The position numbers and the translations under genes are program-made. Below are positions 10,603-20,763 of a DNA stretch of 64,000 nt, in pieces (within the stretch, counting starts at the first letter, position 1; every line of letters starts with the position of its first letter). The notes beneath the pieces were generated by a model that saw only the letters and a program-made list of their open reading frames with translations, was not told the origin of the DNA and did not search any database. Source of the DNA: Methanomassiliicoccaceae archaeon (GTDB taxonomy: Archaea > Thermoplasmatota > Thermoplasmata > Methanomassiliicoccales > Methanomassiliicoccaceae); NCBI GenBank assembly GCA_963728405.1, contig CAVSJV010000002.1, forward strand, positions 224,001 through 288,000, written 5' to 3'.

Positions 10603-10958
10603 TCCTTGAGATGTATCTTTCTTTCCTCGATGATCCGCCGTGCCTCTTTGTTGGTGCGCCCCAGGTCGATGAACGCAAGGACAAAGGAGGCGATGATCAC
10701 TCCAAAAAGCAGGACCAGGAACAGCTCGTCATTGATTCCCGACATGAAACTGGCAAAAACGGCGCTGAAGTCTCGATGGGCGATATAGAGCACCAGCATG
10801 ATGCCGGCCACGATGTCCAAGGCATACATGGCCATGCCGAAGGGGGACCGGGGGACGACGATGGTGATGGCCTCGTCCTGGCAACCCTCGCAACGATCAT
10901 TCATCATAAACGTACGAGGGCTAAGCCGGTCGCATTTCGGGCAGTACTTATACCTCAT
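10599..10958 (-). CDS. Zn-ribbon membrane protein
   Basis: MRYKYCPKC...CEGC followed by two TM helices; starts 5 nt after the apgM stop. Confidence 0.7.
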   Translation of the reverse strand: MRYKYCPKCDRLSPRTFMMNDRCEGCQDEAITIVVPRSPFGMAMYALDIVAGIMLVLYIAHRDFSAVFASFMSGINDELFLVLLFGVIIASFVLAFIDLGRTNKEARRIIEERKIHLKD

Positions 10959-10962
10959 GGCC

Positions 10963-12195
10963 TTAGGCCCCGAACTTCTCCGAGCGATCCGCTTTGTCGA
11001 CCAGGATAGGCAGCAGGTCCTTGCCTCTGATCCTTCCAATGGCTCCGAGACCGCAGGAAACCTCATCGTAGGACCTGGTTCCGTCCTTGATAGTACTTTC
11101 CGAGCAGATGCATAACGGGACAGGGTCACCGGAATGGTCCATCCTCTCCACCGGGGTGCAGTGATCGGCGGCGAAGGCTACTACACTGCCCTCCGGCAGC
11201 CCCTCCCGCAACACTTTGGCCATGCCATCTAGGCGTTCGATGACCTCTATCTTCTTCTGAGGGTCGCCGTCATGCGAGGCGATGTCCGAGGCTTTGATGT
11301 TCATCAGGACGAAGTCCCTCCGCTCCAGCTCCCTCAGGGCAGTATGGGCCTTCGACACCATGTCGGTGTCCATGCCTCCTGTGGCTCCCGGCACATCAAC
11401 TATTTCCAGCCCGCACACTCGGCAGATGCCCTTGATGAGCGAAACGCCGGCCACGCACGAGGCGGACATGCCATAGCGCTTCTCGAAAGGTTCGATGCTG
11501 GGGAAAAGACCCGCCCCCCGCGGCAACAGAATGTTTGCCGGTAGCTTTCCCTCGTTCTTCCTGCGTACGTTGACCGGATGAGGGTTCAGGATCTCATACG
11601 ACCGCTTGACGAACGCGTTCACCACTTCGGCCGTCTTTTTGGCCTGGGGCACCATAGCTTCTGACATGTGCACCCGGGCGGCTTCGTGAGGGTCAGCATC
11701 GGTCACATGGGGGTCCAATCCCTCGCCCCGCAGCAGAAGGACAGCCCGGTGCTCGGTAGCGTCCCTGACGATGGCTTCGATACCATTTATCTCCAGGCCG
11801 TCCAGCGCCTTGACCAGCTCGCCGGTGTCTGGCTCCTTGATGCGTCCGGCACGGCGGTCCAGGACGGCCATCTTGTCATCCACGGTGGCGAAGTTGCAAC
11901 GGAATGCGATGTCCCCGCTCCGACCTACCAGCCCGACTCCGGCAGCCTCGAAGGGGCCCCTTCCGGTGTAGACGGAATAGGGATCATATCCCAATAGGGC
12001 CAAATGAGACGTGTCGGACCCCGGTCGGATCCCCGGTCCGATAACGTCCATGCTACCGGTCGATCCGTTCTGGGCGAACCAGTCCAGGTTGGGCTTCTTG
12101 GCCACTTGTAGGGGGGTCCTATATCCAAGCTGCTTGACCGCACGGTCGCCCAGACCATCCATGATAACGATCAGGATCTTCTTGCCGGAATCCAT
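10963..12195 (-). CDS. apgM: 2,3-bisphosphoglycerate-independent phosphoglycerate mutase
   Basis: DGLGD, PGSDTSHL, GRGPFEAAG, DIASHDG, ADHCTP, HSGDPVP. Confidence 0.96.
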   Translation of the reverse strand: MDSGKKILIVIMDGLGDRAVKQLGYRTPLQVAKKPNLDWFAQNGSTGSMDVIGPGIRPGSDTSHLALLGYDPYSVYTGRGPFEAAGVGLVGRSGDIAFRCNFATVDDKMAVLDRRAGRIKEPDTGELVKALDGLEINGIEAIVRDATEHRAVLLLRGEGLDPHVTDADPHEAARVHMSEAMVPQAKKTAEVVNAFVKRSYEILNPHPVNVRRKNEGKLPANILLPRGAGLFPSIEPFEKRYGMSASCVAGVSLIKGICRVCGLEIVDVPGATGGMDTDMVSKAHTALRELERRDFVLMNIKASDIASHDGDPQKKIEVIERLDGMAKVLREGLPEGSVVAFAADHCTPVERMDHSGDPVPLCICSESTIKDGTRSYDEVSCGLGAIGRIRGKDLLPILVDKADRSEKFGA

Positions 12196-12251
12196 CTTAT
12201 CGATCGTGCGTTATGGCTGAACGGTATTAAAAAGTAGTATTGCCGGGGAGT

Positions 12252-12629
12252 TTAGGCCATTGACCGGGACCAGACACCCTCGGGAAGGGAATCATAGAGC
12301 CCCAGCTCGATGTTCACTTCTTCCTGTTTCGGCGCAGCATACTTCACAATGCGGTCGGTGTTCAAGGCCCAGTAGAATACCCGCCAGGTCCTTCCAGAGG
12401 GCAAAATGGCCTCTTCCCAATGGGTTGACAATATCTGCACATCCTGGAGGAAGTAGAACATCCTACGATCATCCTGGTCCAAAGCATTGTCAATTATCTC
12501 GTTCTCAAAACCGAAATAGTTCAGCACACGGAATGAGATGTCAGCAGCGACATCTTCAGTTACCTCCAACTTGTGCTTGATCGCGCGGTCTAATATCTCG
12601 TAAGTAATAATCGGTCTAATACGGCTCAT
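12252..12629 (-). CDS. DUF6015-like winged-helix protein (paralogue 1)
   Basis: FG..E.IDN.L..DDR.MFY.L...WRVFYW; clear similarity to 55705..56100. Confidence 0.7.
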   Translation of the reverse strand: MSRIRPIITYEILDRAIKHKLEVTEDVAADISFRVLNYFGFENEIIDNALDQDDRRMFYFLQDVQILSTHWEEAILPSGRTWRVFYWALNTDRIVKYAAPKQEEVNIELGLYDSLPEGVWSRSMA

Positions 12630-12748
12630 CTATGTTCCCGATTAATATCTGTTTGCACTACTATATGAAGATAGGTATGTGACCCTTCCGAAAGCGCGTC
12701 CTATCTCCGTATCTGGCCAGGCGGCGGAAGGGTGTCGAAGGTAAGTTC

Positions 12749-13802
12749 TCAGATGACGATGTTCCCGTCCTTCAAGATCTGTTTCTCGTCAACCCAGATG
12801 GAAGGATTCTTTACCAGGCAATCCTGATGGATGAGGGCTGGGCCGTCGTTATCATAGTTGAACCCGATGGCAAAATGGCAGGTCTTTCCTACTTTCTCAT
12901 CCTCCAGCATATTGTTGACCATCTTGGCCTTATAGTTAAGGCCGATCCCGAGCTCTCCAATATTGCGAGCGTTGCGCTCCTCATCCTTTAAACCGTTGTC
13001 CCTAGCTCTCTTTTCGCCGCTCTTGATCACGTTCAACAAAGCATCGGCATCAGGGCTGTCAGTGATATCGGAGATGTAGCCGTCCTTGAACTTCACATGG
13101 ACCGGTTCGCGGGGCTGGACGCAGCTGGGAATGAGGTCCAGAGTGCCGTCGTAGACTATGGTTCCCTTGGTCGAGCCGACCACCGGGGAGATATATACCT
13201 CGCCGCAGGGCACATTCCCGCCGGTCCCAGGAGCGCGGAAATCGCCATCATCGGAATGGGCCCGCCGCCCTTCGATGGAAATGGTAACATCAGTACCAGC
13301 CGGGGCGGTGACCCGTACCTCTTTTCCGACGTCAAGGATACTCTTCAGTTTGGCAGCATTGGCCCTCATCTCGGCATAGTCGATAACCACGCAGCGCTCG
13401 AAAGTATCCCTTGTAAGCGACGGTGACCAGAACGATCGCAGCTTCCTTTCCCCCATCAGATAATACTGGATATGATCGTATTTCTTTCCATCATGACCAA
13501 TATAGCCGTTCTTCTGTCCGAATGGGTCCTTGCCGGTCTTGTAGAAAGGAACGGAGATGAAGATGTCAGGGTTCTCTCGGATGGCCGCTAGAACGGTGTG
13601 CTCGGCGAACTGGAGGATGGTCTTCGGTTCCTGGATGAGCATCACCGGTTTACCGCCCAGGGCTTTGGTCTGATCGAAAAGTGCCTTGGAGATATCGAAG
13701 GCATCGCCCTCGAAATTGGTCGCTATCACCACTTCCTCGCCGGGCCTTAACCCCAGCACGCTCCCTCATGGCCACCAAGGCCGCCTCTTCAAGCTTGGAC
13801 AT
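12749..13802 (-). CDS. Aminopeptidase, M29 family (frameshift near 13761)
   Basis: GNVPCGEV, IGELGIG, EDEK, HFAIG, HQD. Removing one base extends the N-terminus to MSKLEEAALVAMRDVLGL. Confidence 0.9.
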
Positions 13803-13962
13803 GATAAGCCCCTAAAACCTATGGTCTGGCACCGGCATAAGGCTATAATAGGCTTGCGTAAAAATCGTAAGTGAGATGCCTAGAACAACGATGTGATTCT
13901 AATGGGGCGTATATGATCACGAAGTGAAAAAGAGGGAAGTAGTTTAGAGATAGAAGTTCTGC

Positions 13963-14139
13963 TTAGAACCTTCTCTCGCTGCGTGCCGGCTTGTGCTTCT
14001 GGTAGCATTCCCTGCAGTAGACCGGCCTTCCCTCAGTCGGCTTGAATGGTACCTGGGTCTCGGCTCCACAGTCGGAGCACTTGGCATTATGCATCTCACG
14101 GGGCTCATCGCGTCTATATCCGCCTCTTCTGTCATTCAT
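13963..14139 (-). CDS. CxxC-x17-CxxC small zinc-finger protein (58 aa)
   Basis: Manual translation MNDRRGGYRRDEPREMHNAKCSDCGAETQVPFKPTEGRPVYCRECYQKHKPARSERRF; too short for the ORF track. Confidence 0.92.
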   Translation of the reverse strand: MNDRRGGYRRDEPREMHNAKCSDCGAETQVPFKPTEGRPVYCRECYQKHKPARSERRF

Positions 14140-14514
14140 ACAGATTACCTATTCTATGTTCCACAAACCTTACGGCTTGTGTATGCCACTCCAATTCATT
14201 TTCGGGTATAAAATATCACCTATCGGACCAATAATAAATGGAAATTATCGTACAATTAAAGGCCGTTCCTGTCGTTTTCAAACCTATATGTGACCACATC
14301 CTTTGTCAGGATATTTGCGTATAATTGCTCACGATCTTCGCCAGAGAGAAAAGATACAGAGTCATTGGAATGGACCTCTCCACCCGTGCACCCTTGTGTC
14401 TCACCACGGTGCGCTCGGCACGTCAAAAAATGAGGATTGAACTTAACATTCTGTCGGGTAAGCAGATGGCATATGGCCAAGGTTTATATGCCATTTTAAG
14501 CATCCATCCTCCCC

Positions 14515-14754
14515 ATGAACAAGAACGTCCTGACCGTCATCGTTGTCATACTTACACCCATCATTATCCTCGGGATCCTGGCAGTGGCCGGGGCTGAGAA
14601 CTTCGAGAAGGCCAAGGAAGCCGCCGGGGACGAGCACAGTGGGGAGAACACAACCGAGACCGCAGCTATGCTAGTCCCAATTCAGACCATCAAGCTCATC
14701 AACGCTCAGACCAATGACCTGTTTGGCTCCATTTGGATGCGGGCCCTGGTCTGA
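14515..14754 (+). CDS. Small membrane-anchored hypothetical protein
   Basis: N-terminal hydrophobic helix, TTTTAA upstream, T-rich tract downstream. Confidence 0.55.
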   Translation: MNKNVLTVIVVILTPIIILGILAVAGAENFEKAKEAAGDEHSGENTTETAAMLVPIQTIKLINAQTNDLFGSIWMRALV

Positions 14755-14846
14755 AACTCTTTATCATTTTCATTCATCTTTATAAGGAAAGGTCGGAGGA
14801 CTGTCGATCACGACGCCAACAATATTGGAAAAAAGTTTGGTCGTGA

Positions 14847-15083
14847 TCAGGCTTTAGGCCGCGAGGCTTTGGGCTCGCTGGTCATGACAATTCTGACCCT
14901 CTTGCCCGGCGGCACATCGATGACGACCTCCTCCTTCATGCTCCGATCTGATACTTCTTTCTCCTTTCGGACGTTCTTGTTCATCTTGAGCATCTTCTCG
15001 CTCGGCTCGTCGAGTAGGACAATGTTAAGCCTTCTCGCCTCTTCCGATGCCGCCAATATTAGTTCTCCCAAGTTAATCACCAA
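14847..15083 (-). CDS. Small hypothetical protein
   Basis: Protein-like composition (EEVVIDVPPGKRVRIVM); T-tract downstream on the - strand. Start uncertain. Confidence 0.5.
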   Translation of the reverse strand: MVINLGELILAASEEARRLNIVLLDEPSEKMLKMNKNVRKEKEVSDRSMKEEVVIDVPPGKRVRIVMTSEPKASRPKA

Positions 15084-15669
15084 CTAGATCTACGGACAGG
15101 ACGCCTGACAATTCTATGTCGGCTTTTCCTAGATCGAACTTGTCCCCCGCCGCCGTAGGTTCGGAGGTACTATCGCAATGCACCCTAACGCGCTCCTAAC
15201 CAAATTGTTTTCTATGCTCCGCTCGATTCCGGGTTGCTTCGTTTTTCGGTTACAGACCTCTAGTTTTGGCCCATTTCATTGTGCATAAGATGGGGTATCG
15301 AAGAATATGTCCGCTTCTGAAATATATTTAACTTTTTGCGAATGGACGATCCATTCGATAGTGAGATTAGTGTTCAAGGGCGCGTTTGCGGCCTAAAAGA
15401 GGCTCATCTTGGCTTCGGAACATCCGATGATACTGTCGACATATCGAGACCGCTCATCTAACGGCCAATAAGACAGCACCAATGCAGCGACGGGTTGTAC
15501 AATTTACAAAGGCCACGGAGCCTTAGTATCCAGTTGTCGGTATCATCGAGACCAACATTGCCAGGAAAACTGCGTCCTCGAGCCCTTCCTGAAGAGATGA
15601 AATCAGAGACAGATATATCGGCAGTAGAAATCTCAAATAATTTAACAGAGTTCAGAGTTATGTGCCCAC

Positions 15670-16407
15670 ATGGCCATGGGACAGGTGGGCAGCTGGGAGG
15701 GTCTGAGATCGAGAGTGCAAGCTCCCTGCCCAGGTTGCCCCAGGAACTCGTCTAAGGTGCCTTTGATTTTCAGCCGTCGAGGTCCATCGACCCTAGTAGA
15801 TTTCATCGTGGTCTCTCAAGAACCTGGATATTGGCTTAGGGACCTGACCACCAGCGATGCCGCCGAGCAAAAACTGCAGAAGTTATGCACGGAGCAGAAA
15901 CCGATCGATGATCTGAAGAAGGCTAACCCCCTAACGAAGGTGGTCCAGATATTCGGCAGTTTCGATCCCACGGGAAGCAGAACATACTGGACGCACGCCC
16001 TGAAATGTATTCCGGAAAAGAGCGATCGTGACATCAACAAGGAATGGAGGAAGGCGGCCACTCGGTGCGAGGAACACTTCCTGGACGAGTTGAGATCTTT
16101 GGGTAAGGGGGAACTGAATGTCTTAGCTTTCGGCAAGTTTCCCCTCGAGATGTGTCTTCACATCTTTGAAGGCCAGGACATTGACCAGGACCTCAGTATA
16201 AGTGAGTTCATGCAATCCTCAAAATTACCGATCACCTACAAGTACAAGTTTAGGGACGGGACGACCAAATTTGTAAATCTCTTCGTGTTCACCAATCCGT
16301 CCAGTGAGGTGGTGAAGATCATGAAGAGCGGGGGGAAGTTAACGGTAGAAGAGATCCAAGAGCTGGAGATCAAACGCATTAAGGAGATCTTCGATAAGCG
16401 AAAGTGA
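15670..16407 (+). CDS. Uracil-DNA glycosylase superfamily protein (divergent)
   Basis: CPGC, VVSQEPG (motif A-like), YWTHALKC, downstream Cys, LAFGK, NPS at the motif B position. Confidence 0.65.
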   Translation: MAMGQVGSWEGLRSRVQAPCPGCPRNSSKVPLIFSRRGPSTLVDFIVVSQEPGYWLRDLTTSDAAEQKLQKLCTEQKPIDDLKKANPLTKVVQIFGSFDPTGSRTYWTHALKCIPEKSDRDINKEWRKAATRCEEHFLDELRSLGKGELNVLAFGKFPLEMCLHIFEGQDIDQDLSISEFMQSSKLPITYKYKFRDGTTKFVNLFVFTNPSSEVVKIMKSGGKLTVEEIQELEIKRIKEIFDKRK

Positions 16408-16523
16408 GGTCGGTATGCAGCCGTTGCGAAACAGGGTGGTTTGCGGCTCCGAGGTTCTGATCCAGAAAGAACTGATCGGATTTCCCCGAGAGGTCCTACC
16501 GACGACCATTAGCGGTATGGGGG

Positions 16524-16997
16524 ATATCTGATGTTACCACCACAAGATATGGCATCAATATCAAATTCACATCAGGTGATGACGCAATGAACTGCACGGC
16601 CCACTGCAATCATGCCTCTACGTTGGGCATGAGCGGCATGGGTACAGATTTTGACAAAGGTGTCAGGATTGGGATGAAAACGATGTCGACACCCTATGGT
16701 ATCAAGCAGGTTGAGCATTGACGGGTCACTAATGCCATAGGTGGCATCACCACAGTAATAGGTCCCTACATCGGGGCGAAGAGCCCGGCGTTGTACAAGA
16801 TGGTCACGACTACGGCCGGTGTGGTGGATCTAATCTGCGCTGGCATCTCGACCATGGTTCTGAGTGATACGAACTCGCTGATGCAAAAACGGCAATACCT
16901 GAGCTCCAAAACTCTATTGTCCCTTTCCTACCGAATAGTGATACCATTATGCAGTATAGGGCTGAATAAGGGCCGAATCCGTAGCAGGGATCGATAG
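16524..16997 (+). pseudogene. Decayed gene, probably for a secreted beta-rich protein
   Basis: Protein-like reading (..GMKTMSTPYGIKQVEH*RVT..YIGAKSPALYKM..TMVLSDTN) interrupted by TGA at 16719; no clean start. Confidence 0.35.
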
Positions 16998-17147
16998 TTC
17001 AAGCAATGGGATCGGGCCGCAACGGCATCAATGAATGTGATTCGGCCTGGTCATCTCTGTCCGAATTACTTTCTGCTCTCCTTTCGGCCGTCAACAATTG
17101 TCCATTGTTGTGATATTTTATTAATGAGCCGATGCAACAATATTGAT

Positions 17148-18176
17148 ATGACCTCCAAAGGGCGGTTCCTAGCGGCACTGGAACTTGAGATGCCTGATAG
17201 AGTTCCGACCATGCACATCCAGTTGGGTGGGGCCAATCATCTCCAGGACAGCACCGGAATGGCGATCCGCGAGGCATATTACGACGCAAATAAATTCGCT
17301 CGTTTATGTTTAGCGTCAATGGAATTTGGTTTTGACAATGTCATGGTCGCCTGGGGGGACCTCCTCAACGAAGCGCAGGCCTTCGGGGTCGAGCTCACTT
17401 TTCCTAACGAGAAGGATTATCCGCGGGGGACGCCGATCTCCCCCGACAAGATCGAGGGGCTCGAGGTCATCGACCCTATGGGCGATGACGTATGGGCCAC
17501 ATCATTGAGAGCAGCTAAGATCGTCAATGATAAGGTGGGGAACGAAATGGCGGTGATCGGGCAGGTCAGCGACCCCTTTACCTTGGCCGCCGCGATCCGA
17601 GGGTTCGATGGCCTGCTTATGGACGAGATCATGGAACCTGACCGTACTCATCATCTACTCAGCGTGGTCACCGATTCACTGAAAGAATACGGTAGGCTGC
17701 TCAAGGAATATGCTGGGGTTGAGATCATCTTCATAGAAGATGGAAGCGCCGACGCAGAGCAGAACATGTTCGACCTGGCCAAGGCGTTCGACATTGATTA
17801 TACCAAGCAAATGGCTGAGCTCTATCATCCCATGGGGCTGCGCTCGATCCTGAGCAATTGTGCCAAAGAGCCCTATCTGGATGCTCAGTTTGAAGCTGTC
17901 AAGCCAACCGCGGTCCACACATCGGTCGAATGGAGCGGATATGGTGATGAATTAAGTAAGCTGAGGGGCCGAGCATGCATTGCAGCTGGCCTATTGCCTC
18001 ATTTCATAGCTCGTTCCGATCCCGGAATGATACGCCAAAAAGTAAGCGAGGTGGTCCGTTCGTCGGGAGATGGCAGCGGGCTCATCATCACATCGGCTGG
18101 GGAAATACCCTTCGACGCTCCCCTCAGCAACATCAAGGCGTTGAGCGGTTCAACCGCACTGATCACGCTCCCCTGA
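17148..18176 (+). CDS. Uroporphyrinogen decarboxylase / MtaA-CmuA superfamily protein
   Basis: MTSKGRFLAAL..PDRVP, EAQAFG, DPFTLAAAIRG, EIPFDAPLSNIKAL. Confidence 0.85.
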   Translation: MTSKGRFLAALELEMPDRVPTMHIQLGGANHLQDSTGMAIREAYYDANKFARLCLASMEFGFDNVMVAWGDLLNEAQAFGVELTFPNEKDYPRGTPISPDKIEGLEVIDPMGDDVWATSLRAAKIVNDKVGNEMAVIGQVSDPFTLAAAIRGFDGLLMDEIMEPDRTHHLLSVVTDSLKEYGRLLKEYAGVEIIFIEDGSADAEQNMFDLAKAFDIDYTKQMAELYHPMGLRSILSNCAKEPYLDAQFEAVKPTAVHTSVEWSGYGDELSKLRGRACIAAGLLPHFIARSDPGMIRQKVSEVVRSSGDGSGLIITSAGEIPFDAPLSNIKALSGSTALITLP

Positions 18177-18347
18177 TGGAAATGTAGTAAGTGGGAAATA
18201 TTGAACGCAGAGGCCGGGAGAGACCAGACCTTGGCAGTCCGGTTCTAAGATATTTGGGCGTGGCCTAATATATTCTTCCTGCGACGCGCTCTGTACGATA
18301 CTAGTGAAGTTGGAGTGCATCGGACCAATGGTCCCTGGGCCGATGGC

Positions 18348-18791
18348 TCACATCAGGCCTAGCTGTCTCATCATTCCCACAAGGTCATAGAACAGTTTCT
18401 CCTCCGTGATTTCTCCGTTCCTCCAGTGGGCCACGGTACAGAATTCAATTTTGAACTTCTTGTTCGTTGGTGGGATCATTTTCCGTCAGACCCCTTCAGC
18501 GACCCCTTCATGGTACCAGTGAACTCGGCAACGGAACAAGTGTGGTCGCCCTGGGCGAAAAATATCTTGTAGGGGGTCGTTCACGATGCGATTGTCCGGA
18601 AAGGTGTGGAAAAATTCTTTCGCCCCAGCCTCATGATTCTGGCGCATCCGGGTCGGCTCCGATTGTCCCGGCCACTATGCGGAGACATCATTAGCATGGC
18701 GTTCGTTGAAAGTTGGTCAGTCCTGAGCGTTCTAAGCATCGTCCAGCGTCTTCATCAGTCGCATGTTCTCCTCCACGTTTACCTGCGTCAT
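18348..18791 (-). pseudogene. SnoaL-like ester cyclase pseudogene
   Basis: Reconstructed MTQVNVEENMRLMKTLDDA*NAQD*PTFNERHA..*WPGQ..FPDN..FTGTMKG..IPPTNKKF..EFCTVAHW..EEKLFYDLVGMMRQLGLM; three in-frame stops and two frameshifts. Confidence 0.85.
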
Positions 18792-19031
18792 AATGGAAAA
18801 AGTGAAACGCGTAGTATTTAGCCTATACACGAAAACCTGGCGGCACTCGCCTCCAGTCACACCATGTGGAAAATGCAAGGTGCATGGCGCGGTCGGAACG
18901 CACGGACCACCAACGGGGGAGGGCTCAGTGAGCTATCATATCGGGATCGAGGACTCGTTGGAGCATAATTAGCACTGATCTTGAATGAAATAAAAAAATA
19001 AGAGCGATCTCATCAATCAATGATGCCGGAG

Positions 19032-19370
19032 CTAACGCATTCCTCCTCTTTCAGGTGAGGTGATCTGCTCTATATTCTTCTGTCGAGAATCAGTGTCGGC
19101 GGGGGTTTTATGAAGCGCCCTGTCGCGGTGTTCAAGAGCTTCAAGATCAATGTTTCCCCCGCTGGGAGGTTCGATTCGGACACTTTCCTCGTCCACGGTG
19201 CTTATCATGCCCCCCTGTCGAGGTGCCTTCACAGGATCAAAGCTTTTGCGTGCCTCATCGACATCCGGTGCGGTGCGGCTGAGTGTTTTGTCCCTGAGTC
19301 GTAGCTCTTCATCAGCAAACTTGTTGACATTTGCCGTTTTCTTTTGTCCCTCGTCCATCTTTGTTTTCAC
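19032..19370 (-). CDS. Hydrophilic hypothetical protein
   Basis: 112-aa charged ORF; TTTATAA upstream and T-tract downstream on the - strand. Confidence 0.55.
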   Translation of the reverse strand: MKTKMDEGQKKTANVNKFADEELRLRDKTLSRTAPDVDEARKSFDPVKAPRQGGMISTVDEESVRIEPPSGGNIDLEALEHRDRALHKTPADTDSRQKNIEQITSPERGGMR

Positions 19371-19544
19371 CCCTGTTACCTAATATTGACGTCAGAGTTC
19401 CATATACTTATAAACGTGTGTAAGAAAAACAATGCTGGGCATAGTCTATTACACGTTCCAAAAATGGAGCCATGTCTCCGTTGTAACATCCAAACTTCTG
19501 AAAAAGACAGCGCTAGGGCCCGAAAGATTTGCCAAAGCCTGATA

Positions 19545-19627
19545 TGGCACAGGGGGAGGATCTTGAACCTAGGACCACTAAAGGTGGGATCCCCATGTCC
19601 TCGAAAGAGGAAATGGCCACCCATCGT
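19545..19627 (-). repeat. Degenerate tRNA-Leu 3' half plus hairpin arm (att-like site, copy 2)
   Basis: tggcacagggggaggatcttgaacctaggaccactaaaggtgggatcc aligns to tRNA 22047-22095, then ccatgtcctcgaaagagga..tggcc..ccatc, shared with the copy at 20690. Confidence 0.75.
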
Positions 19628-19767
19628 ACTCCTCTCCGGAGCCTTACGGCGGTCATCTCAAGTATTTGACGGACTCTCGGGCGGTGGTCCCCCCCTCGCT
19701 TGAGAGAGCATGGCCAGGAGAAACATGCTCCTTTACCTGCACCTTGCTTACTTCAATGCTCAGGGGG

Positions 19768-19941
19768 TCATTTGCTCGAGCGACGATTCTCTGCGGCCAA
19801 GCTGAGGGCCAACACTATCCCGATGAAGATCAAGAGAAGATAGATGGGCGAATCATAAAGATAGAACAAGAACCCGCCGACTATCATTACTACTGAAAGA
19901 ATGGTCAGACTAATCGTCCTGACCACGGAGGGATTCACCAC
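19768..19941 (-). CDS. Small two-TM membrane protein (57 aa)
   Basis: Manual translation VVNPSVVRTISLTILSVVMIVGGFLFYLYDSPIYLLLIFIGIVLALSLAAENRRSSK. Confidence 0.55.
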   Translation of the reverse strand: MVNPSVVRTISLTILSVVMIVGGFLFYLYDSPIYLLLIFIGIVLALSLAAENRRSSK

Positions 19942-20189
19942 GGTCTTAAAAATTGAGCTATTGGAGTATATTTCATTCGCTCACCTTTATGTATACCAAA
20001 ACACGAATTTGTCTCTCAAAGTAGTGATTGCCCTATGGGTGAGGGACTGCGAAAATACGCTCACACAAGACTTAGGTCGAAAAATAATACTAAATGTTTA
20101 TGGGGTCGATCTGAGCAGGTGGATCGGTAAATCACTCGGAGGCTCAGTTTCCAGGTGGTTCTTCGATCATCTGTCGCAGTGTCATCATC

Positions 20190-20507
20190 TCAAGCGAAGA
20201 TCACTGCCATTACTGGACCATGGACTTCCTGGTTCATCAGTTGAGGCGGTTCGGTCGCAATGGACTGAAGCTTCTTGGAGACCTTCTGATAGATACCTTT
20301 CTGAGAAGCATTCATTGTATTTTCCGAGTCCCACAAGGCAATGAATGTCGCAGTGTTCGGGTCGTCCATGGACTGGAGAGTGAGCATTCCTCTGAAGCCC
20401 TCCGTCTTCCTAATCTCTTCCATGAAGCCCTCTACGGTCTCAACCGCTTCTGCTCTTTTCCCGGGCTTGAACTTCCATATGGTCATCCTTGCGTGTACCA
20501 TGGCCAT
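20190..20507 (-). CDS. Antibiotic biosynthesis monooxygenase (ABM) / dimeric alpha-beta barrel protein
   Basis: FKPGKRAEA..TEGFRG..DPN...IALWDS pattern. Confidence 0.8.
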   Translation of the reverse strand: MAMVHARMTIWKFKPGKRAEAVETVEGFMEEIRKTEGFRGMLTLQSMDDPNTATFIALWDSENTMNASQKGIYQKVSKKLQSIATEPPQLMNQEVHGPVMAVIFA

Positions 20508-20689
20508 CTCCAGTTGAAAAGATGTAGAATCGATGGATTAAATATCTTTCCTGATGTGACGGCGCCATCGATCCATCGCCTTAATGGCAAACCGGAGAAG
20601 GAAGCGCATCAAAGATAAGAATGATCGATGAGCATCCTCGAATGGAAGTGTCCAGAAAGCTCTGCGGTGTACTAATTTAAAGAACTAGT

Positions 20690-20763
20690 TGGCGCAGGGG
20701 AAGGGATTTGGACCACCAAGAATGGGATCCCATATTCTCAAAAGAGATATCTGGCCCCATCAT
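20690..20763 (-). repeat. Degenerate tRNA-Leu 3' half plus hairpin arm (att-like site, copy 1)
   Basis: tggcgcaggggaagggattt[8-nt deletion]ggaccaccaagaatgggatcc matches tRNA 22047-22095 with 4 substitutions, then catattctcaaaagagatatctggccccatc. Confidence 0.85.

Noticed and set aside
18675-18734. In-frame TAG codons as pyrrolysine sites in the SnoaL-like gene
   Set aside because: They co-occur with a TGA and two frameshifts, so ordinary pseudogenisation explains them.
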